Source: Octopus sinensis (lineage: Eukaryota). From it: DNA of 64,000 bases. Each line of letters opens with the position of its first letter. Position 1 is the first letter of the stretch. Shown here piece after piece: positions 37,921 to 52,364 of this stretch. The stretch is taken from contig NC_043005.1 in the NCBI RefSeq assembly GCF_006345805.1, positions 94,612,001-94,676,000 on the forward strand, read 5' to 3'. Under the pieces are notes generated by a model that was not told where the DNA came from, ran no database searches, and saw nothing but the letters and a program-made list of their open reading frames with translations. The translations under genes and the position numbers were made by a program.

Positions 37921-38605
37921 ATACACATTTATTACACTATACGAAGTCAAAAGCACAAATGAGAGTAGAGCGACTAATGTCGTTGATATTCACAAACCGA
38001 AATATATGTGGTCCAACTGCATGAAGTATTTTTTTTTTTCTTTTTTATCTTGTCTGGAGGAAGTAGCTGCGTTCATAGTCATCGTCGGTTTTCCGAATTC
38101 TACGTGGCTGAAATTCTTGTGGAGGCACAAACATGACTATTTTATTAAGAAGTTCGTATCGCAGCTGCATAATTTCGGGTTCAGTATGTGGTACTCTGGG
38201 CAAGAGTTTTATATATAAGAGAAAAGAGACCAATGACTGATACTTTCTGAATTTGGAAGACGGAATCTGTGCGGAAGCTCGTCTCACACACACACACACA
38301 CACACACGCGCGAATACACACACGCGCACACACACACGCACACGCGAATACACACACGCGCACACACACACGCACACACATGTATGTAGGTGTGTGTGTT
38401 TGTATATATATATATATTTATTTGTGTATATCGAGAGAATCTCAACATAGAAACTTTTTATCACTCTAATGAACTTATTCTCCGATATCTTCACCGAAGA
38501 TGAAATCTACAGGGTAAAAAGTGGCTATAAGAGGAATTCAAGTGAGCAGATATGGAGGCAATGATTCGAATAAACAGAGAAAACCATAAAAAGAGAAGGC
38601 AGTCT

Positions 38606-38975
38606 CAAAATTTTCAGATGGTAAACAATCAAGTATATATATATTTTTATGGAGCAAACTTACTCACAGAAAAACTTACTCAAAGAAATAAAGGCGAGAC
38701 GGCGTTACAAGTCTGACAACTGTTTCTGAGAACTCGGAGTTACTTCATAATACAGGCAGACGTAGTTGATCAAAAATCTGCTCCCAGTAATACAAGCAAA
38801 CAAATATTGATAAGCTCCAGAGCATCGTTCATCAGGGTGGACCTCAGAAACAGCTGTCGGACTTGTAACGCCTTCTCACCTCTTATTCTTTGAGTCTGAG
38901 TAATCTGAGTAAGTAACCCCCATAAAAAATATATATATACATTTATATTTGATTCTTTGCCATCTGAAAATTTTG
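38606..38975. repeat. Imperfect fold-back element (arms about 125-135 bp, spacer 112 bp)
   Basis: Inner arms 38693-38730 and 38843-38880 match at 34 of 38 positions. Outer arms share CAAAATTTTCAGATGG, TATATATTTTTATGG and ACTCAAAGAA. Confidence 0.8.
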
Positions 38976-39056
38976 TCTCTAGCCATATGGCCTCTGATGC
39001 TGAAAGAATTTCAAAACATAAAGGATTTCAGTGAAGAGGTTATCTCTCTCTCTCTC

Positions 39057-39186
<130 letters not shown>

Positions 39187-40387
39187 ATTTTTCTATTGTG
39201 CTCAAAAGGAATTAAGTTTTTAAAAGTTATTAATTTTCTGGATGTCAATAGGTTTTCGTTATGTACGTTATATCAGAGAAGTAATGTGTGATTATAAATG
39301 GATGAACCCGCGAATTATTATATTAGAGAATAAATGTGCAATTAATACAGCCTGATATTTTTATGGAGTTTATTATGTTAAGGGTAGAAAGCAGGTAACC
39401 TCTGACAAATGTTTTTTAAAAGTGTTTATTATTATAAAATGTTATAAATTGTTTTCATTGCAAATTACCAATATTCAAATTTTCATAGAAATAAATTGCA
39501 CAGTAATAAAACTAATTTTAAAAATTAATAATTAAAATTTTTGTTATTATTTGATAAAATTTAACAGATCTTATTTTTATTTTTGTTAATAATTTTCAAT
39601 TTTTTCCGAAGTGGCCTGTTTCCACATTAACCATTAACTACGAAGAACGTTTTCACAAATAATATTCCGATTCTGTGAACTAAAAGATAAAACAAGGTTG
39701 CTCTACATCATATTCCCCAGAATCTTTTTTTAAGGGCGAATAATTTATGCAAAATTACTAATTGGTCATTATTTCTTTGTACTACTGTGCGGTAACAAAG
39801 CTCATTATTATCTCTTCTGGCAATTTTTATGCTATGTCAGAATAAGTACCAGGGTTGATTTGTTCGACTAAATCCATCAAGGCTGTATTTCAGCATGGCT
39901 GCAGTCCAGGAATTGAAACATGTATTGTTTCAATATAGAAATGTATTCCTCGTTAAATCTTTAACTAATCCTCAAAATTTTAATTCAACCGCACATGATC
40001 TTGGCAACAAATCGACGCCTTTCCGTTAAACCCGTCTTCAAAATCTATGAAAAATCTTAAAACAATTTGTGATTCACAGCACAGCTGTTACTAAGCTTGC
40101 AGAAACCAGCTCAATTGTTATTGATCTACGATTCTATCGACTGATATTAAATTTTCCTGATGCCGTTATACGTGTGGGTATAACACACGTATATATATAT
40201 ATATGTGCCAGCGCGAATGCTTCTAACCGAGAAAGAATAGTGAGATCACCCTGAAATCATGCCGCACGGCCTTAAAAGAAGACATTAGGCAATGTAGTTA
40301 TTGCTAATTTTTGTTTTGCATAGCAAAAGCTAATCTGAGACAAAGCAACAATATATATGTTATATGTGTGTGTACGAGTGTGTATAT

Positions 40388-40768
40388 GTAGGAGTGGCTG
40401 TGTGGTAAGTAGCTTGCTTACCAACCACATGGTTCAGGGTTCAGTCCCACTGCATGGTACCTTGGGCAAGTGCCTTCTACTATAGCCTCGGGCCGTCCAA
40501 AGCCTTGTGAGTGGATTTGGTAGACGGAAACTGAAAGAAGCCCGTCGTATATATGTATATGTATATATATGTGCGTGTGTGTTTGTGTGTTTGTACCCCA
40601 ACATCGCTTGACATCCGATGTTGGTGTGTTTACGTCCCCGTAACTTAGCGGTTTGGCAAAGCACTAGGCTTACAAAGAATAAGTCCTGGGGTCGATTTCC
40701 TCGACTATAGGCGGTGCTCCAGCATGGCCGCAGTCAAATGCCTGAAACAAATAAAAGAGTAAAAGAGA

Positions 40769-40770
<2 letters not shown>
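40388..40770 (+). mobile_element. SINE family 1 copy
   Basis: GGAGTGGCTGTGTGGTAAG...GGTTCAGTCCC head; CTTGGGCAAG CORE-like motif; GTAAAAGAG tail. Confidence 0.88.
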
Positions 40771-40846
<76 letters not shown>

Positions 40847-40932
40847 TATATAATATGAGTAAATAATATCTTTAATGGTTTTTAAAAAACCCAACAATTA
40901 TCTACTGGTAGATTTCGGCATGTAAATATAAC

Positions 40933-41308
40933 TCTTTTACTCTTTTGCTCTTTTACTTGTTTCAGTCATTTGACTGCGGCCATGCTGGAGCACCGCCTTC
41001 TAGTCGAGTAAATCGACCCCAGGACTTATTCTTTGTAAGCCTAGTACTTATTCTATCAGTCTCTTTTGCTGAACTGCTAAGTTACGGGACGTAAACACAC
41101 CACCATCGGTTATCAAGCAATGGTGGGGGGACAAATACAGACATGCAAACATATACATACATACATATATATATATACATATATACGACGGGCTTCTTCC
41201 AGTTTCGGCCCGAGGCTATAGTAGAAGACACTTGCCCAAGGTACCACGCCGTGAAATGAACCCGGAACCATGTGGTTGGTAAGCAAGCTACTTACCACAC
41301 AGCCACTC
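40933..41308 (-). mobile_element. SINE family 1 copy (internal deletion)
   Basis: Collinear with the other copies, but lacks the CTACCAAATCCACTCACAAGG block. Confidence 0.85.
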
Positions 41309-41509
41309 AAGTTCAATATATATATTGTATATAAATAAAAGAGGCAGGCAACAAGTTGCTTAGCCACATACCCCAAAAAATTAGAAATAGCAGTCAAAGA
41401 CTGTTTATTTCTATTTTCTACAAATGAGAGTCCACATACGACATATCCCTGTAATTCACATATGCAAAACAGAAGGAAGATATAACGAAAACAAAGTCTC
41501 ACGGTCATT

Positions 41510-41572
41510 TACGAACGCGTTTCTAGATTAGGAATATAATAAAATATAAATTCGATGTCTTTCATCAGCGTA
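41510..41572 (-). ncRNA. Minimal Penelope-type hammerhead (GAAACGCGT variant)
   Basis: TACG-CTGATGA-A AGA[AT-rich loop]TCT A-GAAAC GC GT T-CGTA. Palindromic ACGCGT stem III, weak stem II. Part of stem I overlaps the adjacent (TATG)n. Confidence 0.5.
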
Positions 41573-42752
41573 TGTATGTATGTATGTATGTATGTATGTA
41601 TGTATACAGGGTCCATTATCAGAACTACTGGAGGGTTTGCCGACAACCAATCAGCGCTACGGCAAATTATTAACTGACTAGTTAACAAATTCGCCGAGAA
41701 ACTATTGACTAACAAATTCACCTTATTTAGTAATATTATACCTTCAAAATTGAGTTTTAAGAAATACACACTTGTTATTCATAAAATTTAATTTAAAATA
41801 TGAAGACGCTGATACTACTTTGAAGAAATTTCTTAATTAAAATATTTATTTCTAAACTAAAATATTATGAACTAACATCTTGAACAGGGAACAGTAGACT
41901 TGTTAGGTTCGTAATTAACATCGAGCCTTTGTGTTATTACTTCACTAATTCATAATATCTTCGTCTCTTCAAATGAGACTCTTTCTAATCGGTGAATTTT
42001 CTGAACACGGTTAATACTATTCAAAAATGAGAAAAAAATGATTTTGTAACAGTTATTAAATCTTATTAAAATTATATAAACGAAAGTAATGCCAAGCGAA
42101 AAAAGAAAGAATTTATATAAAGTAATAGAAATTTTGAAAGCTTAGAATTAAACAACGACAAATTATACAAATATTATAGAATTAGTATTCGTCTCACACA
42201 TAACGTTTCACATTATATTTATCCTCCTCCCTCAACCATATTGTCGTGTTTGCTTTCCAACATTTTATCGATGTATCACAGCGTAAAATAACAATCGATA
42301 TGGTATGTAAAATTTAATTACATTCCTATAATATTTTCAATATCAGCTCATTGAAATGAGATGTAGAATCAGAGAACTCACAAGCTTGTTTGTGTTTATC
42401 GTTGCTGCTTCATACTTTTTTTTATTTAGTTTTGTATTTTCTTTTACCGGGCTTTCTTTTTGTTAGTGTTGATTTAATTCCTATTTATTACATTGTAGAA
42501 TTAATTAATTCATTTCTTTTGTTTCTGGCGCCCTATTTTTTAGTTATTTTCTTTCCTTTCAATTGTTGTTTTGTTATTTTCGAGATTTATCTTAGGAGCC
42601 ATTTTGAAAAAGACGTGGCTTTCTATAAGATATTTAAATCGATGCTGTAATAGTTTGATTGGTTATATACATAGAGATTACTTCCTAAAATATCTTATTA
42701 CAGGTTTCCTGCTTCCATTTGGCTACTGAAGCGAGATTATTCTGAAAATACT

Positions 42753-42814
<62 letters not shown>

Positions 42815-42848
42815 TGTGTGTGTGTGTGTGTGGTGTGTGTGTGTGTGC

Positions 42849-42885
<37 letters not shown>

Positions 42886-43723
42886 AGGGGGTTGTGTGTA
42901 CATATACATCCACTCAAATCCTGCAAAGATTTGTTGAATGCTTTACTTTATGTATCATAGTCCTGTATGATGTAAGTCCACCTGGGATAACACATTGGCT
43001 AAGCTGTATCAGCCCTTGGCTTTCCACTTGACAAACACGAAGACGTGGAGAGAGGGAGATTTGCTGTAAGAGCAACATTTAACGTTCCATTCAAACGTTG
43101 TCCAATTCTAATTCTTGAAGTAGAACTCTCAGTGCAGATACAGAGTCAACACTGACCTTCGAGGACTTAAATATGCACACACACACACATGCGCGTTCAT
43201 ATTGCATGTTTCCCTCTCTCTCTCTCTTAAGTTTTAGTTTAATTTTGATCAGCCACATTCCCGGTGGCAAGGTTGTAAAAAGATAAAATTCTCCTTGGCC
43301 TTTCTGTAAGGGTTCATCCTTTGAATCCTAAGAACCTTTGAATTAAAGAGCTACGTTCTTTCGCCACCAATCCAAGTTCAGTTATACTTTGTTCCAGGCA
43401 GGCTGGTATACAACTTGTAGCTGCAACAATAACGGGTATGAAGCTACACGTTATCTTGGATTCGGATTTGGTCCGTTCGTATCTTCCCTCTCATGCAGTG
43501 ATCTAACCACATAGACATCAAATGGACGGTTGATTTCTACGCTAGAGCATGTTTTTAATGTGTGGTACCTGGCCTGTTGCGTTTTAATTCGGGGGCATTT
43601 AGTTTTCGTAGGTTCCAACAGCATTCCTTTCAGTTATTATATTACTCGCTATTTGATTTTATTTTCGTCTTCCGTAAAACATTCTATTTTCTTTGTATGT
43701 ATGTATGTATGTATGTATGTATG

Positions 43724-43754
<31 letters not shown>

Positions 43755-44661
43755 TGAATGTATGTATGTATGTATGTATGTATGTATGTATGTATGTATG
43801 TATGTCTATGTATATATATATCTATTTATATCTCTGTCTCTATCTAATCATACACACTTGCGCATGCACGTACCCCCTTCGTTTCACGCATAATTCATAA
43901 ATATATAACATGTGCTGTGCGTGCTGTATACGGAAGAAAGCGGAAATCAAACGAAATGTTCTGGTATCACGTGATAGGGAGATGATGTCATTCCTTGGCG
44001 GAGGTCAGAACTGGACACTTCTGAGTCATTTCCCTTACGTGTACGGAATTTTGCAATGCCAGTGGCTTGGCTGCTCTAAATTAAAGCCCTCAATTGCTTT
44101 GTTACTGTTCATTTTATCGTATAATGCAAAATGACTTAAGAGCGATACATCTCATAGAAATGGGAGGAGTTGCGAAAGAGTAATTTGAGCGTTTGATGAT
44201 ATATATATATATGTATGTTTGTATGAATATGTGTATATATGCATGTATGTATAAATGCCTATATGTATGCCTGCACGTATGTATGGATATCTTATGGATA
44301 TATATTATATTTATATAATATTCACAACTATATATTCCACACACACACATACATAAACACACACACATATATATATATATATGTATACAAACATACATGT
44401 TCATATATGTACGTATTCATGTAAACATGTATACATGAATGTATGTGTGCTTCTTCTGAGTTCTGTGCGTGTACGTGTGATTGTGTGCATGCATGTGTGT
44501 GTATGTGCGTGTTTGTGTGTGTGCCTGTGTGTGTGCGTGTGTGTGTGTGTTTGTGTGCGTGTAAATGACTTTTGAGAAGGTGTCTTTTATATGCTGTTTC
44601 AACATATCATTTGATCAAGGGATTCACGAAATTCGACATGGTGAATCAGAAGATATCTACG

Positions 44662-44727
<66 letters not shown>

Positions 44728-45127
44728 GAGAGAGAAAGAGAAAAAGAGAGAGAGAGGAAGAGAGAGATAGAGACAGAGCGATTGAGATAGATAGATACAG
44801 AAAGAGATTGAGAGAGAGAGAGAGAGAGAGAGAAAGAAAGAGAGAAAGAGAGTCTTATTTCATCCTGAGAAAATAATAAGATATATAAATACCCGTATAT
44901 TGACAGGAAACAGAAGGGGTAATTAATTATTCAACATAACTTGTATGATTCATGTTTGTCCTTATCAAATACCAGATTATTTGTTCTGTATGTGCGTGTA
45001 TGAGGGAGAGAGAGCGCGACAGAGAACCTGTGTTGAAAGAGAAGGCGAGCGTGCGAGAGAGAGAGAGAAGGGGGAGGGCGGGGTGTGACAGAGAAAGAGG
45101 GAAACCGCCAGAGACAAAGACAGAGAT

Positions 45128-45163
<36 letters not shown>

Positions 45164-45419
45164 TGAGAGAGAGAGGGGGACTGAGAGAAATAATGGGAAT
45201 GTGTATGTGTTGTGTTCCTTTATCATACGGGGATATGTTCTGTGATGGCATTGGCGGCGACACTTCTTGGCCGTGTCAGTGTGACATTAGCACAGTTCCT
45301 GGTTTCTTTTGTGTCAGTTTTGTCAGAACAGACATCAATAAGCACCTCTCCAGGTATCTTATAGATTGTAACTTATTAAATGGGATGCTATGTCGCGCTG
45401 CTTTACCATTGTCAGCACA

Positions 45420-45782
<363 letters not shown>

Positions 45783-47348
45783 ATTATCATTGTTATTATC
45801 GTCAGAACGAGGGCGCCTTTATGTGGCATCTCGACACGCTAGAAATAATAATTAAATCACCTCAAGCCGCATCTTACCATCTTAAATACGGAAAGGGTAT
45901 TGTGGGTAATAAAGAAATAGGTTTTACTTAATCTTTTCCTCCTGTTTTATGAACTCTGAAATAATCTCAGGTAAGGGGAGGATGTCTTTTTAGTAAGTCT
46001 CCTGGACATTTCGACCAAATATTTTTTAAAAATAAGTTACTACTGCCCCTTCATCTATCCTTTTCCATGCATGTGAACGTAAACACTGATGGGTAATTTT
46101 TCTTTGGACATTGTTTTTCTTAAAATTAACACTAGTAGCAATTTTGTTACATACAAGCACCACTAAATAATACTCTTCGCGTATCCAGTAGTCTTCACAG
46201 TAATAGTTTTAATACCATTGTATCAATAGTTCTATTGTTTCATCCGCATTTGCTATTTAAGACAATTCAAATGAAACTTCTTTTCTCATAACTGTATAAT
46301 ATACTTGTGAAAAGTATAGATTTTCTCTTCAAAACCATCGGACACTTTTTGTGCAGTTTTCGTCTTATGCAAGTACATCTCCGTAATCTCCTAACTAGGC
46401 TTTTGCGTTTTATAAACATATATCATCATGATATATGGCCGGTTAAATCACCTAAATTATTATCACATGCAATCTTTTTCGCTTCAAAAAATTATCATAT
46501 TTTGTAGAAGCGAGTAGTCCTTGCCTTCTCTGATCCACAGCCCATTTATATGTTTATTTTCGAGATTTTGCTATTTTTCATCCCACTCACCATCCGTAAA
46601 TTAAGTTTATCATTTTAATCATTTGCAATTTTTCTTCTTGATCTAAGCAGCAAGAAATAATTTTCTTCTGTTCGTTGAAGACCAAAATGTGTTCGGTAGC
46701 TCTATTTCAATGTTTTACTCTTTTTAGCATAATTAATCACACTTAATTTGAATTTAACTGTGTATGACATTATCTTCGCTTTTGATACTGTGAAGGAGAG
46801 AACAAATAGAACGAAAACGAAGAAACAAACTATTTTACCCCGTATGCTTAAGATAGGGTATTTGGGCTTTCAGTTGTACATCCAACTTTACAGTAAACAT
46901 GTGTCAGACTATCAAGTATCCAGTAAAAATTTAAAAACTGATGAGGCGATTACATTTTGGTCAACGGCATCGCACATTTGAAATCCAAGATAAACTCTCA
47001 TAAATGACTTGTCATTTGTTAAAACAGTTAGGCGCTGCCCAGCTAACTTGTCCATAATATGTTCATGATTCTGACAGCCAGACCGAATCGCTTCTCGCCT
47101 GGGTTAACATCAAGAGTGGACAGGTGTCAATTTCGACAACTTACAGAGTGCAGCAGAAGACGGAGTGAAGTGATGAAATCTGGTTGCGACCTCATCAAGG
47201 ATTTTCCCAACGAGCACACGGTCAAAAGGTGGGAAAGAAAGATATACATATAGATTATTCATATATTCGGTGTATAAGACGGAAGCAAATCCTAGCATTA
47301 AGTCTTGGATTAAGGACATTCCTGTTATACAACGGAAAATGTGATATA

Positions 47349-47389
<41 letters not shown>

Positions 47390-47621
47390 GCGCACACACA
47401 CACTCACACACACACACACACACGCACATATTTATACAGCAGTTTGCTATGTTTTACCAAAAGGAAAGCTAAAATAGTCACTAAATACGACTAGGGTGTT
47501 AGAAACACTTACATTACTAGAAATAAGAGCTAAAATGATTTAATGGTATAGTCAAAGTACATAATTATATACATATATACAAACAGGAACTATAATTGTC
47601 CGAAAACGCCGTTCGAGAATT

Positions 47622-47670
47622 CCTTATACTAAATTCAGTTTCGACTATTTCCGTTGCCTCTTCAGTAAAG
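47622..47670 (-). ncRNA. Type I hammerhead ribozyme D (isolated)
   Basis: CTTTA-CTGAAGA-GGC AACGGAAATA GTC-GAA ACT GAATTT AGT-A-TAAGG. All three stems pair (G-U allowed); GUA triplet. Confidence 0.75.
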
Positions 47671-47771
47671 ACTGGCTTTACTTCAGCAGATTTCGGACTT
47701 ACTTTCTCTGTATGTATGTTTTCATCAAAGAAATCTATGGATGACTTAGTGAATCGCTAAAGTGTATACAC

Positions 47772-47803
<32 letters not shown>

Positions 47804-49320
47804 GTGTGTGAGTGTAAAGAGAAGAATACAAATTATAGAAATATGAGTACAATATCCAGTGAAGAGCCTAGTTAGAGCTCAGTCTAGATTACCCTTGACG
47901 CAGCAGATCCAAAATGAAACATTCCCGTCGTTTGCTTTCTGTCTTTTCCTTATGTAAGCATAAGAAATAACCACAGTAGGGTTAAATGCAGTAATTAAGG
48001 AAAATATTAACGGTTAGGTGACAACATTATTCTTTGACCGACCTTATTAGGCTTCGCCATATCTTTCTGCATATGTAGTGACTAGCTTAGAAATTGTAAA
48101 ACATATGGCGTCGCTGCGGAACAAGTTTAGCGGATAATTTGATTATAAATAATTAAAATTGATAAAATTATAATTAAATTATCCATATATTAAACACTTG
48201 TATTTATTAATTCATAAATCTAGTGATTTCTAATGTATATTTCGATATAATATGCATATATTTTAACTTTGTGAATTCTTTCTTCAAAGAAAGCTTTGAA
48301 GAATGTCTCTGGTTATCAGTATGAATCAGATTGAGAAAATCGAGACAGTAATACATCACTGAGCTGGATACAATGCAGAAAACGGTTTCATATTTCACTC
48401 TTCTGAGGTCAAAACCCAGCAGAAATTACTTCCTAATTCTGCTACCCAGGAATCTAAAGCGACAACAAAAAAAGATAATTGTTACTTACAATACACTGAA
48501 AGAGATTTGAACGACTATAATACTTCCCTTATATTAAATTTAGAACGATTTCTTCTAGGAGATGTGTAGAAGAGTTACAGTCGGTTAGATCAATAATATT
48601 TACCTGGCACTTATTTTACTGAACTCAGTTCGCTTCCATAGCATTTTTTAAAGTTGGTACCCTTCAACTTTCAACAATCTTCGTCTTCGCAACCGGTATT
48701 GTGCACTCTTTATTTATTTCGATGATCTCAATGCAATTTACATCTTAAAAGCATTGGGGTAGTCTTTCGTTTCACTTTCAATTTTCCCAAGCATTATTGT
48801 ATTTTCAAGTAGCCTAGTATTATTACTAACGAGACCGAATCAATTCTCTTCATCGTGTTGTGCCTCTGTGTCTTGCTATTTTCTCAAACAACGCCTAAAG
48901 TTCTAAGTTCGGGAGGCAATTCCAAGAATTCTGCGAAAGCATTTCATCTCGAACGCTAACAATTTCATTTCGAACGCGAACTCTTTCATCTGAATGCTTT
49001 TAGTCTCTCCTCTCCTAATACACCTATGTCTCACATTAACACAACAAAGTTGCAGTTATTGTCGATTGTACGAGCCTTACTATGTTGCTTGATGTTAACT
49101 ACTTGGTGTTGCGAATTTTATTCTGTTTCCCTGATTGTGTTGTTGTTGTTTCAGTTGACCTCTTAATTTCAGTTTTGCATGTTATGTTTTCGTTAATTAG
49201 TGGACCCAAGATATTTCGAGGTCGGATACCAGCTGAATGTCATTGATTCCCGCTGCTTCATTGTCGATATCATTGCTTGTTTCGGTGTTGTTCTTCTTCA
49301 ACAATAATCCGACACTGGAA

Positions 49321-49726
49321 GGCGGCGAGCTGGCAGAAAGTTTAGCACGCCGGGCGAAATGCTTAGCAGTATTTCGTCTGCCGTTACATTCTGAGTTCAA
49401 ATTCTGCCGAGGTCGACTTTGCCTTTCATCCTTTCGGAGTCGATAAATTAAGTACCAGTTACGCACTGGGGTCGATATAATCGACTTAATCCGTTTGTCT
49501 GTTCTTGTTTGTCCCCTCTGTGTTTAGCCCCTTGTGGGTAGTAAAGAAATAGAAATAGGTATTTCGTCTGTCATTACGTTCTGTGTTCAAATTCCGCGGA
49601 GGTCGACTTTGCCTTTCATCCTTTCGGGGTCAATAAATTAAGTACCAGTTGCGTACTGGGGTCGATCTAATCGACTGCCCCCTCCCCCAAAATTTCGGGC
49701 CTTGTGCCTAGAGTAGAAAAGAATAT
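49321..49726 (+). mobile_element. tRNA-derived SINE family 2, dimeric body, with 12-bp TSD
   Basis: Head GGCGGCGAGCTGGCAGAA...GAGTTCAAATT; body unit repeated; TCCGACACTGGA at 49308-49319 and 49727-49738. Confidence 0.9.
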
Positions 49727-49803
49727 TCCGACACTGGATATACTTTAAGGAACCTCTACTTTTCTCGTGATACCAATTAATACGCCTCTAGAACTGACTG
49801 TCA

Positions 49804-49966
49804 CAGTAGTTCTCAACCAATTTTGCCTACGAACCCTTTGATTCCTATCTTACTCTACTGCCCAACCACCATGATAAGAAAAAAAATCTATTATAGCTCT
49901 GTCTTTTCCTTATGTAAGCATAAGAAATAACCACAATTAAGTATCATTAGCAGTTGAGAACCACTG
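49804..49966. mobile_element. hAT (Charlie-like) MITE
   Basis: TIRs CAGTAGTTCTCAACC / GTTGAGAACCACTG. The TSD is degenerate (GACTGTCA vs GTCTAACA). Confidence 0.7.
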
Positions 49967-50006
49967 GTCTAACAAATCAACGCTGTCATATAGACTTAAT
50001 ACTAAA

Positions 50007-50379
50007 CTAGCAGTATCGCCCGGCGTTGCTCGGGTTTGTTTTGACACTTTAGAATTGGAATTTTGCATTATGTAGCTTATTATTCTCTTTAAGTGAACAT
50101 TTTTCTGGTTGAAATACACCGAAAAATGGCGACACAGCAGTCAAAAAATCGTAAAAAATAAGGATTTTCATAGCAAAAAAGCATCTTTTTGATGTAAATA
50201 AATTTTGGTGTTAACATGGTCCGATTTGAATTTTTTCTTCTACGGAAGGAAGAGCAAGCCTTCTTCTATCATACTCTCAAGTTTGGTCAACTTGCGCCGC
50301 AGGGTCTCGGAGGAGATAGTGTTAGTTGAAGGCTACCAAACCTGCCATACACAGACAACTTCAGCTTTATATATAGAGA
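50007..50379 (-). mobile_element. Non-autonomous Helitron (373 bp)
   Basis: Minus strand: A^TCTCTATATATAAAG...CCCGAGCAACGCCGGG (hairpin)-CGATACTG-CTAG^T. A/T target site, no TSD. Confidence 0.85.
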
Positions 50380-50996
50380 TAAAAGCAGCGTAAATAAATG
50401 TTGTAAAAACGAGTGCACTGGCATCTCTTCGCTACACTACTTCTGCGTTGCGAATTGCGGGAACGAATTAATTTTGATATTCTCAAACAATTAAAAAAAA
50501 TTTTAAATTGTCAATTGGGTATTTGAGAATTTTAAGCATTGTTTTAGTTTCCCAAATAAAGAGACGATTTATATAATTTATTGTAGCCTGTAATTAAATC
50601 ATTTTGAATATTTAATTCACTAATTAAAATACAAAGGGGATTATAAATTTGAAGCTAAGTTTTTAATTTCCCTGACAACCTGTGGTCTAAAGATTATATG
50701 CATACATAATCACTTCCCACCACCACACATATACATATACTACATGCGTACATATTCTCTTATAGTCAGTGTGTATATATGTGTGCCAGTGTGTGTGCTT
50801 GTGTACACACAATCATTCGAAGGTTCGGATCATGCTAAAGGAAATACACCCTCTGTTGCTGAATGATGTCGAACATAACACGAAACACGACAAGCGTGAG
50901 GAGCTCAATACGTATATGGGTATATCGGTTAATCCATTAATTGTATCAGTCGCTCTCTCCCTTTCTCTCTGACCCTCTCTCTCTCTCTCTCTCTCT

Positions 50997-51030
<34 letters not shown>

Positions 51031-51082
51031 GTTTCTCGCTCTCTCTCTTTTTTTCTTTCTCTCTGTATATATATATATATTA

Positions 51083-51395
51083 TATATATATCTATCACCG
51101 TGATCCCCGTAACCGACCAGGCTATCGGATGTTGCTCCACATCGCTGGTAACAATGCGCTTCGCATTGTTTTAGCCTTCAAATGACGCCATCCCGCTGGC
51201 TAAGCGAGCAGGCCAACAGAAGAAAGAGTGAGAGAAAGTTGTGGCGAAAGAGTACAGCAGGGATCGCCACTACCCCCTGCCGGAACCTCGTGGAGCTTTA
51301 AGTGTTTTCACTCAATAAATACTCACAACGCCCGGTCTGGGAATCGAAACCGCGATCCTACGACCGCGAGTCCGCTGCCCTAACCACTGGGCCAC
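51083..51395 (-). mobile_element. tRNA-derived SINE family 3
   Basis: Minus-strand head GTGGCCCAGTGGTTAGGGC...GGTTTCGATTCCC (boxes A and B), followed by about 240 nt of non-tRNA body. Confidence 0.8.
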
Positions 51396-52364
51396 ACACA
51401 TACATACACTTATATTTATATGTATGTATATAGCTACAAATACGCACCTGTTCTTGTAGTTGTCGTTTAATTTCAGATTAATCTGATCGATTAAACTTTT
51501 AGTCAAAGGGTTTCCAGCTACGTTAACCTCCTTATCACTTTGTATATTCATGGCTATATTTTCCAATGTATTCTTCCTTTTTCTCAGATGGCAATGCGGT
51601 ATTTTGTGAGAAATTTTAACTGCTACCTGCGTAGTTGAAACCTCGTGGTTTTGATTAACGATGAAGTACTTAAGATAGAAAATTTCCTCTAGGGCGCAGA
51701 GATGGGCAGAGTTTGTAAGAAAGCCTAACAGTTACCCATAAAGCAAGTCTCTCCTCTCCACGTCACCAATTGTTGTCCGTTGAGAAAGCAAGGCCCTACG
51801 TTGGCATTTTAACTCTAGTGTTATCGAAGGCGAACTCAGAACGTAAAGAACTTGCCAGGATATTGCAAATAATTTTGTCCCACACTAACAATTAGCGGCA
51901 ACTCAGAACGCAAATAGCTGGAACAAATATCAGGAGATATTTTGCCCGCAGCTTTACTGTTTAAAAAAAAATGTATATATATCCAACATGTCTCTTAAAA
52001 TGTCTAATACAAATGTAATAAAAGTTTGCATATAATAAGTATTTTTTATTCGACGTGTTCGAATGCGCAATATGTATATACTACAGTACCCGAGCCGTCA
52101 ATAATTACGGAGTCATTGCTGAGATTGACAGTATTTGCTAACGAGAGTATATGCATATAAATAAAAATGCCAAAGTAACAAGAAAGTAAGAAAATTGTAC
52201 TTATGACTCCAGAATCGTCAACACGCCAGGTAAAATACTTAGCGGCATTTTGTCCGTCTTTAAGTTCTGAGTTCAAATCCGGATTGGATTGAAGAAACCA
52301 TCCGACGGGGACTGGAGGATGGCGGGCCCAGGCTCTTAAATGTAAGGGTATTGCCGGCGATCGA

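Noticed and set aside
43960-44045. Cluster of E-box (ATCACGTGAT), AP-1 (TGAGTCA) and CRE-like motifs as an enhancer
   Set aside because: Short motifs are expected by chance in 64 kb, and there are no conservation or chromatin data to support it.
46933-46995. CTGATGA...GAAA hammerhead-like motif
   Set aside because: Stem I cannot pair (AAAAA vs AAC), and extra bases separate stem II from GAAA.
51330-51395. tRNA genes at SINE heads (also about 1590-1650, about 40388-40450, about 49321-49400)
   Set aside because: Boxes A and B are present, but the acceptor stems do not close and each continues into a repeated SINE body.
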